DNA of 64,000 bases from Thermodesulfobacteriota bacterium (GCA_965198945.1 CBDAQI010000001.1:288001-352000), one strand, 5' to 3'; counted from the stretch's first letter, positions 20,367 through 29,476 are shown. Numbers and translations are program-made. Notes: generated from the letters alone by a model not told the origin.

Positions 20367-21575
20367 ATGAAAATTCTTGAAGGCAAAAAAATAATTTTAG
20401 GGGTTACCGGAAGCATTGCCGCTTACAAGTCGTGTGAAATCACAAGAGAGTTGATACGGTGCGGCGCAGAGGTTCAGATTGTTATGACAAAAAACGCCGG
20501 AAAGTTTATAACTCCGCTAACACTTCAAACGCTTTCGGGGAAAAAAACGGTTTCAGACCCTTTTGATATTGAATGGGAATCGGAAATCGGACACATCACT
20601 CTTGCGGACGCCGCGGACGCTGTTGTTATCGCGCCCGCAACGGCTTCCTTTATAGGTAAAATGGCGGGCGGAATTGCCGACACCCTGCTCGGAGCCCTGA
20701 TTCTTGCAACCGGGGCGCCCGTGATTGTTTGTCCGGCAATGAATGTGAACATGTATTCAAACCCTCTTGTGAAGGACAATCTTAAAAAACTCAAAAATGC
20801 GGGGATTTCCATCGTCGGCCCTTTGGAGGGAGGCCTTGCGTGCGGATGGGAAGGAAAGGGACGGCTGAGTGAAACGGACGAAATCATCGCGGAGACCGAA
20901 AAGGCGGTCGCACCAAACGACTTCAAGGGGAAAAAACTGCTTGTTACCGCCGGGGCCTCGCGTGAAAACATAGACCCCGTGCGTTTCATCTCCAATCCTT
21001 CAACGGGGAAAATGGGTTGCGCAGTTGCACGGGCGGCATGGATGAGGGGAGCCGATGTGACTCTAATTTCAGGGGTGGGAGCGGGAGTTGATCTGCCCGG
21101 AGTGCGGCGCATTGAGACCGGGTCGGTAAAGGATATGTTTGATGCGGTCATGGAAAATGTCGCGGAGGCTGATTTTGTAGTCAAAGCGGCGGCGGTGGGA
21201 GACTATACGCCCGCTGAAACGGCGGAGGAAAAAATTAAAAAGATTTCCGGGACGATGTGTCTGCAGCTTGAGAAAACGCCCGACATTCTGGAAACGGTCG
21301 GGGAAAAATACGGAAAAAACACCGTTTTAGTGGGTTTTTCTGCGGAAACACAGTCTGTTATTGAAAACTCAAAGAAAAAACTCAAAAGGAAAAAAGCGGA
21401 CATGATAATCGCCAATGATGTTTCATCCGGAGATTCGGGTTTTGGTGCGGACACAAACCGTGCTGTTTTCATCAGACCGGAAAGTGAGCCGGAAACTCTG
21501 CCGCTCATGACAAAAGAAGCGCTCGGTCATAAAATCCTTGACGCCGCTTTGCAAATTTATAATGAGAAGTTTTAG
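20367..21575 (+). CDS. coaBC: phosphopantothenoylcysteine decarboxylase/ligase
   Basis: GVTGSIAAYK, PAMN, LACGWEGKGR, IDPVRFISNPSTGKMG. Start moved to ATG 20367. Confidence 0.95.
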   Translation: MKILEGKKIILGVTGSIAAYKSCEITRELIRCGAEVQIVMTKNAGKFITPLTLQTLSGKKTVSDPFDIEWESEIGHITLADAADAVVIAPATASFIGKMAGGIADTLLGALILATGAPVIVCPAMNVNMYSNPLVKDNLKKLKNAGISIVGPLEGGLACGWEGKGRLSETDEIIAETEKAVAPNDFKGKKLLVTAGASRENIDPVRFISNPSTGKMGCAVARAAWMRGADVTLISGVGAGVDLPGVRRIETGSVKDMFDAVMENVAEADFVVKAAAVGDYTPAETAEEKIKKISGTMCLQLEKTPDILETVGEKYGKNTVLVGFSAETQSVIENSKKKLKRKKADMIIANDVSSGDSGFGADTNRAVFIRPESEPETLPLMTKEALGHKILDAALQIYNEKF

Positions 21576-21848
21576 CGCTCCGAAAAGAACACAGAATAAC
21601 GCAGACTTCTAAATTCAAAAATATCTTCTTTTACCCGTTTCCAAATTTGATTTATACGGGGTGACCGATAATGCAAGCAGTGATATTTTCTCATTTGTGG
21701 TAACATGCTCCGGCTTTTCCCCGTCATTGCCATGCAAACGGGAACTCGGTATTACGATAAGCCCTGCCATGAAACCCCGGATTCCTAGTCCCTGTTTTTC
21801 CATTTGCCGCTTCCCGCGCCTTGCTCTTATGGTAACATTAAGCCGCTG

Positions 21849-22265
21849 ATGAGCGAGCAGCAAAAAAAAATCTACCAGAAAGCGGGAGTTGTTGTCCGTA
21901 TGAGGGGAGAAGATGGGGAAGACAAAATCCTTCTTGTAAGCGCGCGCAGACATGCGGGTTCATGGGTCTTTCCTGCGGGAACCGTTGAGGAGGGAGAACT
22001 TCCCCGGCAGGCGGCGGCGAGAGAGTGTAAAGAGGAAAGCGGTTATTTGGTGGAACCCGGAGACAAACTCGGTGAGGTGAAAGTTTCGGAGCGGGACTGG
22101 ACAAAGAATTTCGTTTTTTTCTCGGCCACCGTTGTAGGTGAAACTGAAAACTGGGAAAAGGACAGGCTGCGCAAATGGGTCAGGGTTTCCGTCCTTGAGC
22201 GTGAGGTTGCGGAAGTTTTTGCTCCCATTGCGCGTATTGCCGCCGGAAACAGCGGGCCGCTTTGA
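21849..22265 (+). CDS. NUDIX hydrolase
   Basis: Nudix box GTVEEGELPRQAAARECKEESG. Confidence 0.85.
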   Translation: MSEQQKKIYQKAGVVVRMRGEDGEDKILLVSARRHAGSWVFPAGTVEEGELPRQAAARECKEESGYLVEPGDKLGEVKVSERDWTKNFVFFSATVVGETENWEKDRLRKWVRVSVLEREVAEVFAPIARIAAGNSGPL

Positions 22266-23071
22266 GGACGGTTTTCAATTCTGTTAGAATGCCCCTGAAC
22301 CGGAAGACTGAAATGGACTATTATAAAAGACTGGCGAGCAGATACAGAAGCCTGCGTATGACCGACGGGGAGCCGGTTGATTTTATTTGCGAGCAACTTG
22401 CCGGGACCGGGAAAATTGAAGCCGCGGATATGGGTTGCGGAGTCGGGAGATACGCCAAGCTTATTCTGGAAAACTTCGGAGAAAGAATTTTTCTGAACTG
22501 TTTTGATACAAACGAATATATGCTCAATCAGCTTGATTCCTATCTGAAAAGCGAGGGGCTTTCAAACTTTTCCGCCAGAATAGCTGATGCGAGAGGAGTT
22601 CCTCTCAAAAACAGCTCCCTTGATGCGGTTTTCTCCTTTAATTCAGTTCACCACATAGGGGTTCTGGGTTTGCTGCGTGAGATTTCAAGAATTCTCAAGA
22701 CCGGTGGCAGGATTTTTATCTATACAAGGTCAAGAACTCAGAACGATCGCACTATCTGGGGCAGATACTTTCCTCTTTACCGGCGCAAAGAGTCGCGCCT
22801 TTATGAGCCTGAGGAATTTGAATTCAAGGTTGAAAAGTTTCCCGAATTTGAAATTGAATCCGCAAAGACTTTCATTTATGAACGTGTGAATTCACAGAAA
22901 GATCTGGCTGAAAAAGCATCGGAGCGCGCATACTCCGTTTTCCATTTTTACGAGCCCGAGGAGTTTGACAGGGCGTTTGGAAAGTTTAAACAAAGCCTGA
23001 AAGAACATTTTGACGGTGATGTTGAGTGGGAAGATGAGAAAATAATGTATGTTCTCAGAAAAGTCGTTTGA
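22262..23071 (+). CDS. class I SAM-dependent methyltransferase
   Basis: ADMGCGVG, VPLKNSSLDAV, RILKTGG. Start may be ATG 22313. Confidence 0.85.
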   Translation: MRTVFNSVRMPLNRKTEMDYYKRLASRYRSLRMTDGEPVDFICEQLAGTGKIEAADMGCGVGRYAKLILENFGERIFLNCFDTNEYMLNQLDSYLKSEGLSNFSARIADARGVPLKNSSLDAVFSFNSVHHIGVLGLLREISRILKTGGRIFIYTRSRTQNDRTIWGRYFPLYRRKESRLYEPEEFEFKVEKFPEFEIESAKTFIYERVNSQKDLAEKASERAYSVFHFYEPEEFDRAFGKFKQSLKEHFDGDVEWEDEKIMYVLRKVV

Positions 23072-23083
23072 GTTCTTTCCCTT

Positions 23084-24046
23084 TTACGAACTCAGGCATT
23101 TTTTCATTGAGTGCGCAAGATTTTTCATCATTTCAACATATAAATCCGGTCCGGGAATAAGCCCTTTTCCAAGCGGATCAAGAACACCTGTTTTTGCTTT
23201 TGTTCCCTCAACAACAGTTTGAATTATTCTCTTTCCGAACTGCGGTTCGCTGAACACACACACTGCGCCCTCTTCACGGATGCTTGAACGTATACGTTTG
23301 ATTTCCGCCACCGACGGGGGCGCTTCCGGGTTTATAGTTACCGAGCCGACGGGATTCAGTCCGTATTCGCGCTCAAAATAACGGTAGGAATCGTGAAAAA
23401 CCGCATATGGAATTTTTTCCAGACCGGCGAGTTCATTTCTGATTTCCGCATCCAGATTTTTCAGTCTCTTTATGAATTTCCGGAGATTCTTTTTGTAGAG
23501 ATTTCTTTTTTTCGGATTGATTTGAGACATTTTCTTTGCGACCGTTACGGCAATTTTTTCAGCGTTTTCCGGGGAAAGCCAGACGTGCATATCATAATTT
23601 CCATGATGGTGCCCGTGGTGTTCCTCATGCCCGTGTTCATGATGCCGGTTGTTATTTTTACGGGTGTTCCGATTTACGGTGTTTAAAAGTTTAATGCCGG
23701 ATATTTCCGCGACCGGGAATTTGCGCACTTGCTTCGGAAGAGAATTCAGAGGCTTGAGGAGAAAAGTTTCAAAGTCATCTCCGATATAAAAAACCGCTTT
23801 CGCCCCGGTCATTTTTCTTATTGCAGACGGTTTCATACTGAATCCGTGCGGAGAGACTTCCGCCGGTATGATTAATTCCACCGTTTCCGCACCTTTTGTT
23901 ACACCGGAAACGATTGAGTGAAGAGGGGCGATGCTCCCCGCCACCTTGCCGGAACCATCCGCATTCGCCGCCACCGCCGATAAAAATACGGCCGCCGTGA
24001 CCATCACAAACTTCACAAACCCGAAATATTTTCCCATTTTGTTCAC
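23084..24046 (-). CDS. znuA: zinc ABC transporter substrate-binding protein
   Basis: Signal peptide, SPHGF, His-rich loop, DMHVWLSP, FHDSYRYFE, LDPLG. Confidence 0.9.
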   Translation of the reverse strand: MNKMGKYFGFVKFVMVTAAVFLSAVAANADGSGKVAGSIAPLHSIVSGVTKGAETVELIIPAEVSPHGFSMKPSAIRKMTGAKAVFYIGDDFETFLLKPLNSLPKQVRKFPVAEISGIKLLNTVNRNTRKNNNRHHEHGHEEHHGHHHGNYDMHVWLSPENAEKIAVTVAKKMSQINPKKRNLYKKNLRKFIKRLKNLDAEIRNELAGLEKIPYAVFHDSYRYFEREYGLNPVGSVTINPEAPPSVAEIKRIRSSIREEGAVCVFSEPQFGKRIIQTVVEGTKAKTGVLDPLGKGLIPGPDLYVEMMKNLAHSMKKCLSS

Positions 24047-24067
24047 CTGTTATTTAGTTTTAGGTAT

Positions 24068-24082
24068 TGTTATGTTATAACA
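24068..24082. promoter_or_regulatory. Zur box
   Basis: TGTTATGTTATAACA, a near-palindrome matching the Zur consensus TGTTATA-n-TATAACA, between divergent znuA and zur. Confidence 0.85.
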
Positions 24083-24112
24083 TCACATATAAAATATCAA
24101 TCGCCGGAGAGA

Positions 24113-24577
24113 ATGAAAATGAAAAATTGGTGCAACCGCCATAGTGAATGTGTCAGGGAGGTTCAAGTTTGTGCCGAGCGGATATGTTCACAGAGAGGTG
24201 TTCGCCTGACATCTTTGAGAAAGCGTGTTCTTGAGATAGTTTCAAACAGCCATCGTCCCGTGAAGGCGTATCAAGTTCTTGAGGAGATTTCCTCTTCGGC
24301 AAAGCCGCAAACCGTATACCGTGCGCTTGATTTTCTTATTGAAAACGGACTTGTTCACAAAATTTCCAGCATGTCTTCCTACTGCGTCTGTTCTCATCCG
24401 GCGAGCGGTCATGACGAGTGTTTTTTTCTCATCTGTTCGGTTTGCGGAGACGCACGGGAGTTTTGCGGAGCCGAGTTGTCAGAAGCCGTTGAAAGGGCGG
24501 CCGTGCTTGAGGGTTTCACAAAAGCGGGAGCGGTTCTGGAAGTGCGTGGAGTTTGCGCCGGGTGCGTGGGGGGGTAG
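24113..24577 (+). CDS. zur: Fur-family zinc uptake regulator
   Basis: RLTSLRKRVL, TVYRALDFL, CSVC and CAGC motifs. Lies within the znu locus. Confidence 0.88.
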   Translation: MKMKNWCNRHSECVREVQVCAERICSQRGVRLTSLRKRVLEIVSNSHRPVKAYQVLEEISSSAKPQTVYRALDFLIENGLVHKISSMSSYCVCSHPASGHDECFFLICSVCGDAREFCGAELSEAVERAAVLEGFTKAGAVLEVRGVCAGCVGG

Positions 24578-24581
24578 TTTC

Positions 24582-25334
24582 TTGAACGACGGTGTGCTTG
24601 TAAAGGCTTCCGGGGTTTCCGTTGCCCGGGGTGGAAATCAAATCCTGCGTGATATTGATATTGAGGTCAGAGAAGGAGATTTTTTGTCTGTTGTCGGACC
24701 CAACGGGGCGGGTAAAACCACCCTTGTCAAGGTCTTATCCGGCATTGTACTTCCGGACTCAGGTTTGTGTGAGCGCAAGTCCGGTCTGAGTATCGGCTAC
24801 ATGCCGCAGAGCATGGAAAGTGTGAGATACATGCCCGTTTCCGTGCGGCGGTTCATAAGGCTGCGCCATGAAACAAAGAGCGCGACATTTGAAAAAGTGT
24901 GCCGTGAAGCCGGAGTTGAGAGTATTTTGACAAGAAAAATAAGCGATCTTTCCGGTGGAGAATTTCAACACGTTCTGCTTGCCAGAGCCCTTATGAAAAA
25001 TCCCGACCTCCTTGTTCTGGATGAACCGGCACAGAACCTTGACATTTCAGGGCAGTTGGGTTTCTACAAACTCCTTGAAAAAATTCATCTTGAGCGGGGA
25101 ACCGCAATTTTAATGGTATCTCACGACCTCCATATGGTGATGTCTTCCACGAAAAAAGTCGTTTGCATGTATGGGCATATCTGTTGTGCGGGTGAGCCTT
25201 TGACCGTTGCAAAAGATCCGGAATTCATTTCAATGTTCGGTGTAGACATGGCGCGTCTTATTTCATTTTACTCACACACCCACGAACACACTCACGGGCA
25301 TTTTCAACCCCGGACGGGCGGCGGAGAAGAGTAA
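24582..25334 (+). CDS. znuC: zinc ABC transporter ATPase
   Basis: GPNGAGKT, LSGGE, VSHDLH, HICC, His-rich tail. TTG start at 24582 inferred. Confidence 0.9.
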   Translation: MNDGVLVKASGVSVARGGNQILRDIDIEVREGDFLSVVGPNGAGKTTLVKVLSGIVLPDSGLCERKSGLSIGYMPQSMESVRYMPVSVRRFIRLRHETKSATFEKVCREAGVESILTRKISDLSGGEFQHVLLARALMKNPDLLVLDEPAQNLDISGQLGFYKLLEKIHLERGTAILMVSHDLHMVMSSTKKVVCMYGHICCAGEPLTVAKDPEFISMFGVDMARLISFYSHTHEHTHGHFQPRTGGGEE

Positions 25335-26182
25335 TGATGGACGAGCCTTTTATAGTTCGCGCCCTGCTTGCGGGAGTCGGAGTCGCTTTCGCCACCGGAA
25401 TGCTCGGATGCTTTGTTGTCTGGAAAAAAATGGCTTATTTTGGCGATTCCCTCGCCCACGCGTCGCTTGCGGGTATTCCTTTGGGTCTTATTGCCGGAAT
25501 GGGGACTAAGTCAGGGATTTTTGTTATAGTTTCCGTCTTTGCATTGCTCCTTGCATGGATTAACGGACGCGGCCGGATTGCCACCGACACGGTTCTCGGT
25601 ATAGTGGCTCACGCCTCCCTTGCTTTGGGTATAGTGGCGGTTTCTCTGACTGGTCTTCCCGTTTTGAATCTTCATTCCGTTCTTTTCGGCGATATTCTGG
25701 CTGTCGGCACAAATGATGTTTTTATCATCTATATTTGCTCCGCGGCGGTTTTTGTCCTTTTACTGTTTAACTGGGACTCTCTTATACTTATGACGGTCAG
25801 TGAGGATTTGGCAAAAGCCGAAGGTGTAAACACGTTTCGCCTCAATTTCCTTTTAATGTTTCTTATGGCGGCCGTAGTTGCGGTCTCCTTTCAGGTGGTG
25901 GGTGTTTTGCTTGTCACTTCAATGCTTATAATTCCCGCCGCATCGGCACGGGTGGCGGCGCGCTCTCCGGAAATTATGGCTCTTACGGCATGTCTTGCCG
26001 GGGCGGGATCGGTTTTTTTCGGAATTTACTGCTCTCTGCTTTATGACACGCCTTCGGGCCCTTCAATAGTTACGGTTTCCGCTCTGTTTTTCATTGTGTG
26101 TCTTGCGGGTTCAAACCTTTCCGGGCGCATATTCAGATGTAACGCTTATTCAAATGAACAAGGAGGAAAAAATTTTGATTGA
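25334..26182 (+). CDS. znuB: zinc ABC transporter permease
   Basis: VVWKKMAYFGDSLAH, LFGDIL, DTPSGPSIV. Confidence 0.9.
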   Translation: MMDEPFIVRALLAGVGVAFATGMLGCFVVWKKMAYFGDSLAHASLAGIPLGLIAGMGTKSGIFVIVSVFALLLAWINGRGRIATDTVLGIVAHASLALGIVAVSLTGLPVLNLHSVLFGDILAVGTNDVFIIYICSAAVFVLLLFNWDSLILMTVSEDLAKAEGVNTFRLNFLLMFLMAAVVAVSFQVVGVLLVTSMLIIPAASARVAARSPEIMALTACLAGAGSVFFGIYCSLLYDTPSGPSIVTVSALFFIVCLAGSNLSGRIFRCNAYSNEQGGKNFD

Positions 26183-27422
26183 ATTTTCTGTTGGAAAACG
26201 GACATTGAAAACGTTTTTTGTATTTTGTGTTTTGTCTTTTGGTTTGATTCCAAAGTCTTACGGCATGTTCCATATTGAAGGTGAAATTGATACGAGACTT
26301 CACTTTGACAAAGTTGTCAGCGCGGAGAACAAAAACAACGAAATCTATGAGGGATATTCCCATTCTCATATAACGGCTGAGTTATTCGCGGGGGAATGGT
26401 TCTCGGTATCCGGCGAATTGCTTCTTGAGGGAGAACCCTCAGGTCATGACCATGGAAAAGCCCACAATGAAGAAGGGGATGAGGAAGAGGAGCATGAAGA
26501 GGAGCATCTCCATGAAGAGGCTCACGGCACAAAGAGCGGAAACACATTTTTTGTGGACCACGAACTGCTTCTGGATGAATTGGCGCTGAATTTCCGCCCC
26601 GTTTCAGGTGTTGTAAACATACTGCTTTACGGGGGAAAAATCGCTCCGGTTTTCGGCCTGGACCTTCACGATTTTCCCGGAATTTATTCCTATCTGCTGC
26701 CCGAAGAGTATGAACTGCGCGGAAAAGTCGGTCTTGGCGGGCGGGTAGGATTTGACGGCATGATATACGGAAAACAAAGTTTTGATTTTTCCGCTTTTGC
26801 GGCGGACACAACTATTTTCAGCAACAACGAAGGTCGGCGTCTCCGCAAGAGCGACGGAGGAGTGTCCAACACCGGCGACCTTTCATCTTTTGCGCTTTCC
26901 ATCGGAGGCGGCGATTTCTTTTCCCTAAGAGGAGGGCTGCTAACCTATTTGCTGGAAGGATTTTCATACCGTCTCAGTTATGCCAGGCAGGCAAAGGGCA
27001 TCGGAAATAAGAAAGACGAAAACAGGTTTTCTTTTTCCAGCCGGAATATATGGCCACTCACGGAAAATTTTTCCTCTATAATTGTGAGCGAATATGTTCA
27101 TATCAGTAATCTGGGAGGCGACGCATCTCATGACCGGACATATGCAACCAATACGGTTGGTTTTGACTGGAAACAGTGGATGCTTGTGTTCGGTTTGTCT
27201 CTTGTGGAGAACAAGGCTAATGAGCGGGAAGAAAGCGCGGACGTGTCAATTTTCAGCTGTTCTCTTTTGCGTAAAATAGGAAATATGGAAATCGGAGCCG
27301 GCTACCGGAGGCGAAAAGAACAGGGAGAGAAAGCCACCGACAGAATAGGCTTCCTCCTGAGCTATCACGCGGGTTTTTCGTTTCCCGCAGGAGGTCTCGG
27401 TCATGAAGGGCACCACCACTGA
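26175..27422 (+). CDS. His-rich putative outer-membrane beta-barrel protein
   Basis: AGGAGG at 26161-26166 before TTG 26175. Signal-like N-terminus, amphipathic strands, His/Glu-rich loop and His tail. Confidence 0.6.
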   Translation: MIEFSVGKRTLKTFFVFCVLSFGLIPKSYGMFHIEGEIDTRLHFDKVVSAENKNNEIYEGYSHSHITAELFAGEWFSVSGELLLEGEPSGHDHGKAHNEEGDEEEEHEEEHLHEEAHGTKSGNTFFVDHELLLDELALNFRPVSGVVNILLYGGKIAPVFGLDLHDFPGIYSYLLPEEYELRGKVGLGGRVGFDGMIYGKQSFDFSAFAADTTIFSNNEGRRLRKSDGGVSNTGDLSSFALSIGGGDFFSLRGGLLTYLLEGFSYRLSYARQAKGIGNKKDENRFSFSSRNIWPLTENFSSIIVSEYVHISNLGGDASHDRTYATNTVGFDWKQWMLVFGLSLVENKANEREESADVSIFSCSLLRKIGNMEIGAGYRRRKEQGEKATDRIGFLLSYHAGFSFPAGGLGHEGHHH

Positions 27423-27454
27423 AGCCTCAAGTGTGGCGGCACCCTTCCAACCTG

Positions 27455-27835
27455 TCAAATAAAATAGCCGATTAAGAACGCAAAAAAGAACCCGACCAGA
27501 TACACCATGGCCGAAAAGATTACAGACACAAGACTGATCCGTCTCAGGCGCATACACGCGCGTGCCGCCTGAGGCTCCACCGGGCACGGCGCGTTTCTCT
27601 GCGCATAACGCGCCGCCACCGCCACTGCAAGCATTATTCCGGCAGCTGCAAACACCCATACCTTGCGCTCTGAAAGCCACACGAGTTCCGGCAAGGCGCT
27701 GACAAGCCCCGCCGTAACCGCACCGAGCCCAACGCTTGCCAGAAGCGCCGGCAGGGCGCAGCATACAAGCGTTCCCGCTGATGTGAGCAGCGAAAAAAAA
27801 GGCAGAACGGAGTCTTTCCGGCTTATCTGTTTCAT
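27455..27835 (-). CDS. MerT/MerC-like heavy-metal membrane transporter
   Basis: LVCCALP Cys pair in the first TM helix, second Cys pair (CP...AC), 3-4 TM helices. Confidence 0.7.
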   Translation of the reverse strand: MKQISRKDSVLPFFSLLTSAGTLVCCALPALLASVGLGAVTAGLVSALPELVWLSERKVWVFAAAGIMLAVAVAARYAQRNAPCPVEPQAARACMRLRRISLVSVIFSAMVYLVGFFFAFLIGYFI

Positions 27836-28221
27836 TCTGCGGCTCCTTTTCCATAACGAGAGATAGAAACCGTAGTGTAGCCGGCGTCCCTCAAGAGTTT
27901 CTTCACCTTTTTGTCAGTCATGTCTTTTTCCTCTTTCAGGTGGATAATGACCGACTTGCGTTTGAGATTGACGTCCACTTTTTTCGCCGCTCCGGTTTTC
28001 ATAAAAACTCTGCGTATTGAATATGCGCAGAAATCGCACACAAGGCCTTTCACGTCAACTTTTATAACGTTTCCCTTAACCTTTTCCGTAGCGGCATTTT
28101 CAAGCCGCCGGTCGTATTTTTCACCTTGTGAGCCGTCCTTCCCGTACTGTCCGGCATTTGCATTGCCGGAGGCAATAAAAATCCCGACCATGGCTGTCAG
28201 AATAATTTTTTTTATTATCAT
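27832..28221 (-). CDS. exported heavy-metal-associated (HMA, MerP/CopZ-like) protein
   Basis: Signal peptide, VKGLVCDFCA, DAGY. Confidence 0.8.
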   Translation of the reverse strand: MIIKKIILTAMVGIFIASGNANAGQYGKDGSQGEKYDRRLENAATEKVKGNVIKVDVKGLVCDFCAYSIRRVFMKTGAAKKVDVNLKRKSVIIHLKEEKDMTDKKVKKLLRDAGYTTVSISRYGKGAAE

Positions 28222-28249
28222 TTTTTTCTCCTTTATTTTTAAGTTTTTT

Positions 28250-28885
28250 TCAGAACCGCCTTATGAAGTTCAGTGTCAGTTTCCCGCTGATACTCCAACC
28301 CGCTTCAAAGAGCAGCGGCCCTTTGAAAAAACGCACAAGAGGCGTTATTTCAGTTTCGTTTTCATAATCCGTTCCCGGATAGTGAGCAGCTTCAAGCATC
28401 AGCCAAGTGTGCAGAGAGCCGAAGTCCGCAATATAGGGAGCGATTCCCACTCTTGCGGATTGCGTAAAAGAGTTTTCTTCCGGCCCGAGAGTGTTCACCC
28501 GGTTTTTATAGCTGACAAACAGCCGTCTGGTTTCCCAGTATGCCGCAAAGCCCGCCAGCCCGGCCGGCCTGATCTTGTCATTGTCAACGGCTCCGCCCGC
28601 TCCCCAGTTGAAGTATAAGTTTGCCTGAGACTCCAGTCCGTTAAACCTTTTCAGGAGCAGGTTTACCTGAAAAAGTCCGGCAAAAGCGTCTTCATAGCGG
28701 GCGTGAACCCCTCGCAGCCCTATTGAATAACTCGCCGAGGGGGAATAGTGCAGATGAACGGAGGTGTTGGCTCTGTTGTGCATCTCCATAAAAGTCCAGC
28801 CCCCGGGATATGAAACGGGTCTGCCAAGAGCCGTCTGTGATGACAGCAATACAAACGCAAATATGACTATTTTTCTTTTTAACAT
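28250..28885 (-). CDS. exported protein, probable small outer-membrane barrel
   Basis: Signal peptide, RPVSYPGGWT, alternating aromatic strands, ends LNFIRRF. Confidence 0.65.
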   Translation of the reverse strand: MLKRKIVIFAFVLLSSQTALGRPVSYPGGWTFMEMHNRANTSVHLHYSPSASYSIGLRGVHARYEDAFAGLFQVNLLLKRFNGLESQANLYFNWGAGGAVDNDKIRPAGLAGFAAYWETRRLFVSYKNRVNTLGPEENSFTQSARVGIAPYIADFGSLHTWLMLEAAHYPGTDYENETEITPLVRFFKGPLLFEAGWSISGKLTLNFIRRF

Positions 28886-28888
28886 AAA

Positions 28889-28943
28889 ACCTCCGCTTGA
28901 AAATTAATTGCAGACCGCAAACAACGGACTGAAAAGCGGAGGT
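28889..28943 (-). promoter_or_regulatory. RBS-sequestering stem-loop (anti-SD/SD)
   Basis: Perfect 10-bp inverted repeat at 28889-28898 and 28934-28943. On the mRNA, ACCUCCGCUU pairs with AAGCGGAGGU three nt before the AUG. Confidence 0.75.
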
Positions 28944-28944
28944 A

Positions 28945-29319
28945 TCAGACGAGTATGTGTTGTGTGATTAGATAGACCGGTTTTAATCGCCGGTTTTTCA
29001 AATTTGCGGATGGTTCGGTTTTAATTTCCGCCACCCCCGTTTTGTAGAGAACGGTGCGGGGCCGCATGTCCGCGGTTATAAAGTGTTCGGTTTTGCCTGT
29101 TTTTTTGTGTTCCGCAGATGCTTCCTGCAAGTCAAGGCATTCGGCAAAGGAGGAGTATCCGCAGTCATGATGTGACTGAGGCTGCGGGTAGTCGGCGCCG
29201 TGGTGATTATGTGTGTGAGCATCGGCAGCTCCGTCCGACATCGGGCAGGGCGAGGCGTTTGCAGCCGAAACACCAAATGCAAAAATCAGTATGTAAGCAA
29301 TAAAAAAACCGCGTAACAT
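28945..29319 (-). CDS. secreted Cys/His-rich leader protein (CopL/CutF/CruR-like architecture)
   Basis: Signal peptide ending AANA, then CPM, HTHNHH, HHDC..C. C-terminus PVYLITQHILV. Confidence 0.6.
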   Translation of the reverse strand: MLRGFFIAYILIFAFGVSAANASPCPMSDGAADAHTHNHHGADYPQPQSHHDCGYSSFAECLDLQEASAEHKKTGKTEHFITADMRPRTVLYKTGVAEIKTEPSANLKNRRLKPVYLITQHILV

Positions 29320-29401
29320 CTCAGGCTGAAAAATAACACAGCCGACATCTTTTTCAAGAACTCTGTCTTCACTTTTTCAAAGATGTTGTTTATGGAATAT
29401 G

Positions 29402-29476
29402 CGCGCCCGAGAGGATTTGAACCTCTGACCCTTGGCTCCGGAGGCCAATGCTCTATCCGGACTGAGCTACGGGCGC
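29402..29476 (-). tRNA. tRNA-Arg(CCG), CCA not encoded
   Basis: GCGCCCG acceptor stem, TAGCTCAG, TTGGC-CT-CCG-GA-GCCAA anticodon arm, GGTTCAAATCC. Confidence 0.95.

Noticed and set aside
27455..28221. Mercury-resistance (mer) operon
   Set aside because: No merA or merR. The resemblance is limited to generic Cys-pair transporter and HMA motifs.
23072..29401. att-bounded genomic island from tRNA-Arg across the metal genes
   Set aside because: I found no second copy of the tRNA 3' end and no integrase, so it is not called as a mobile element.
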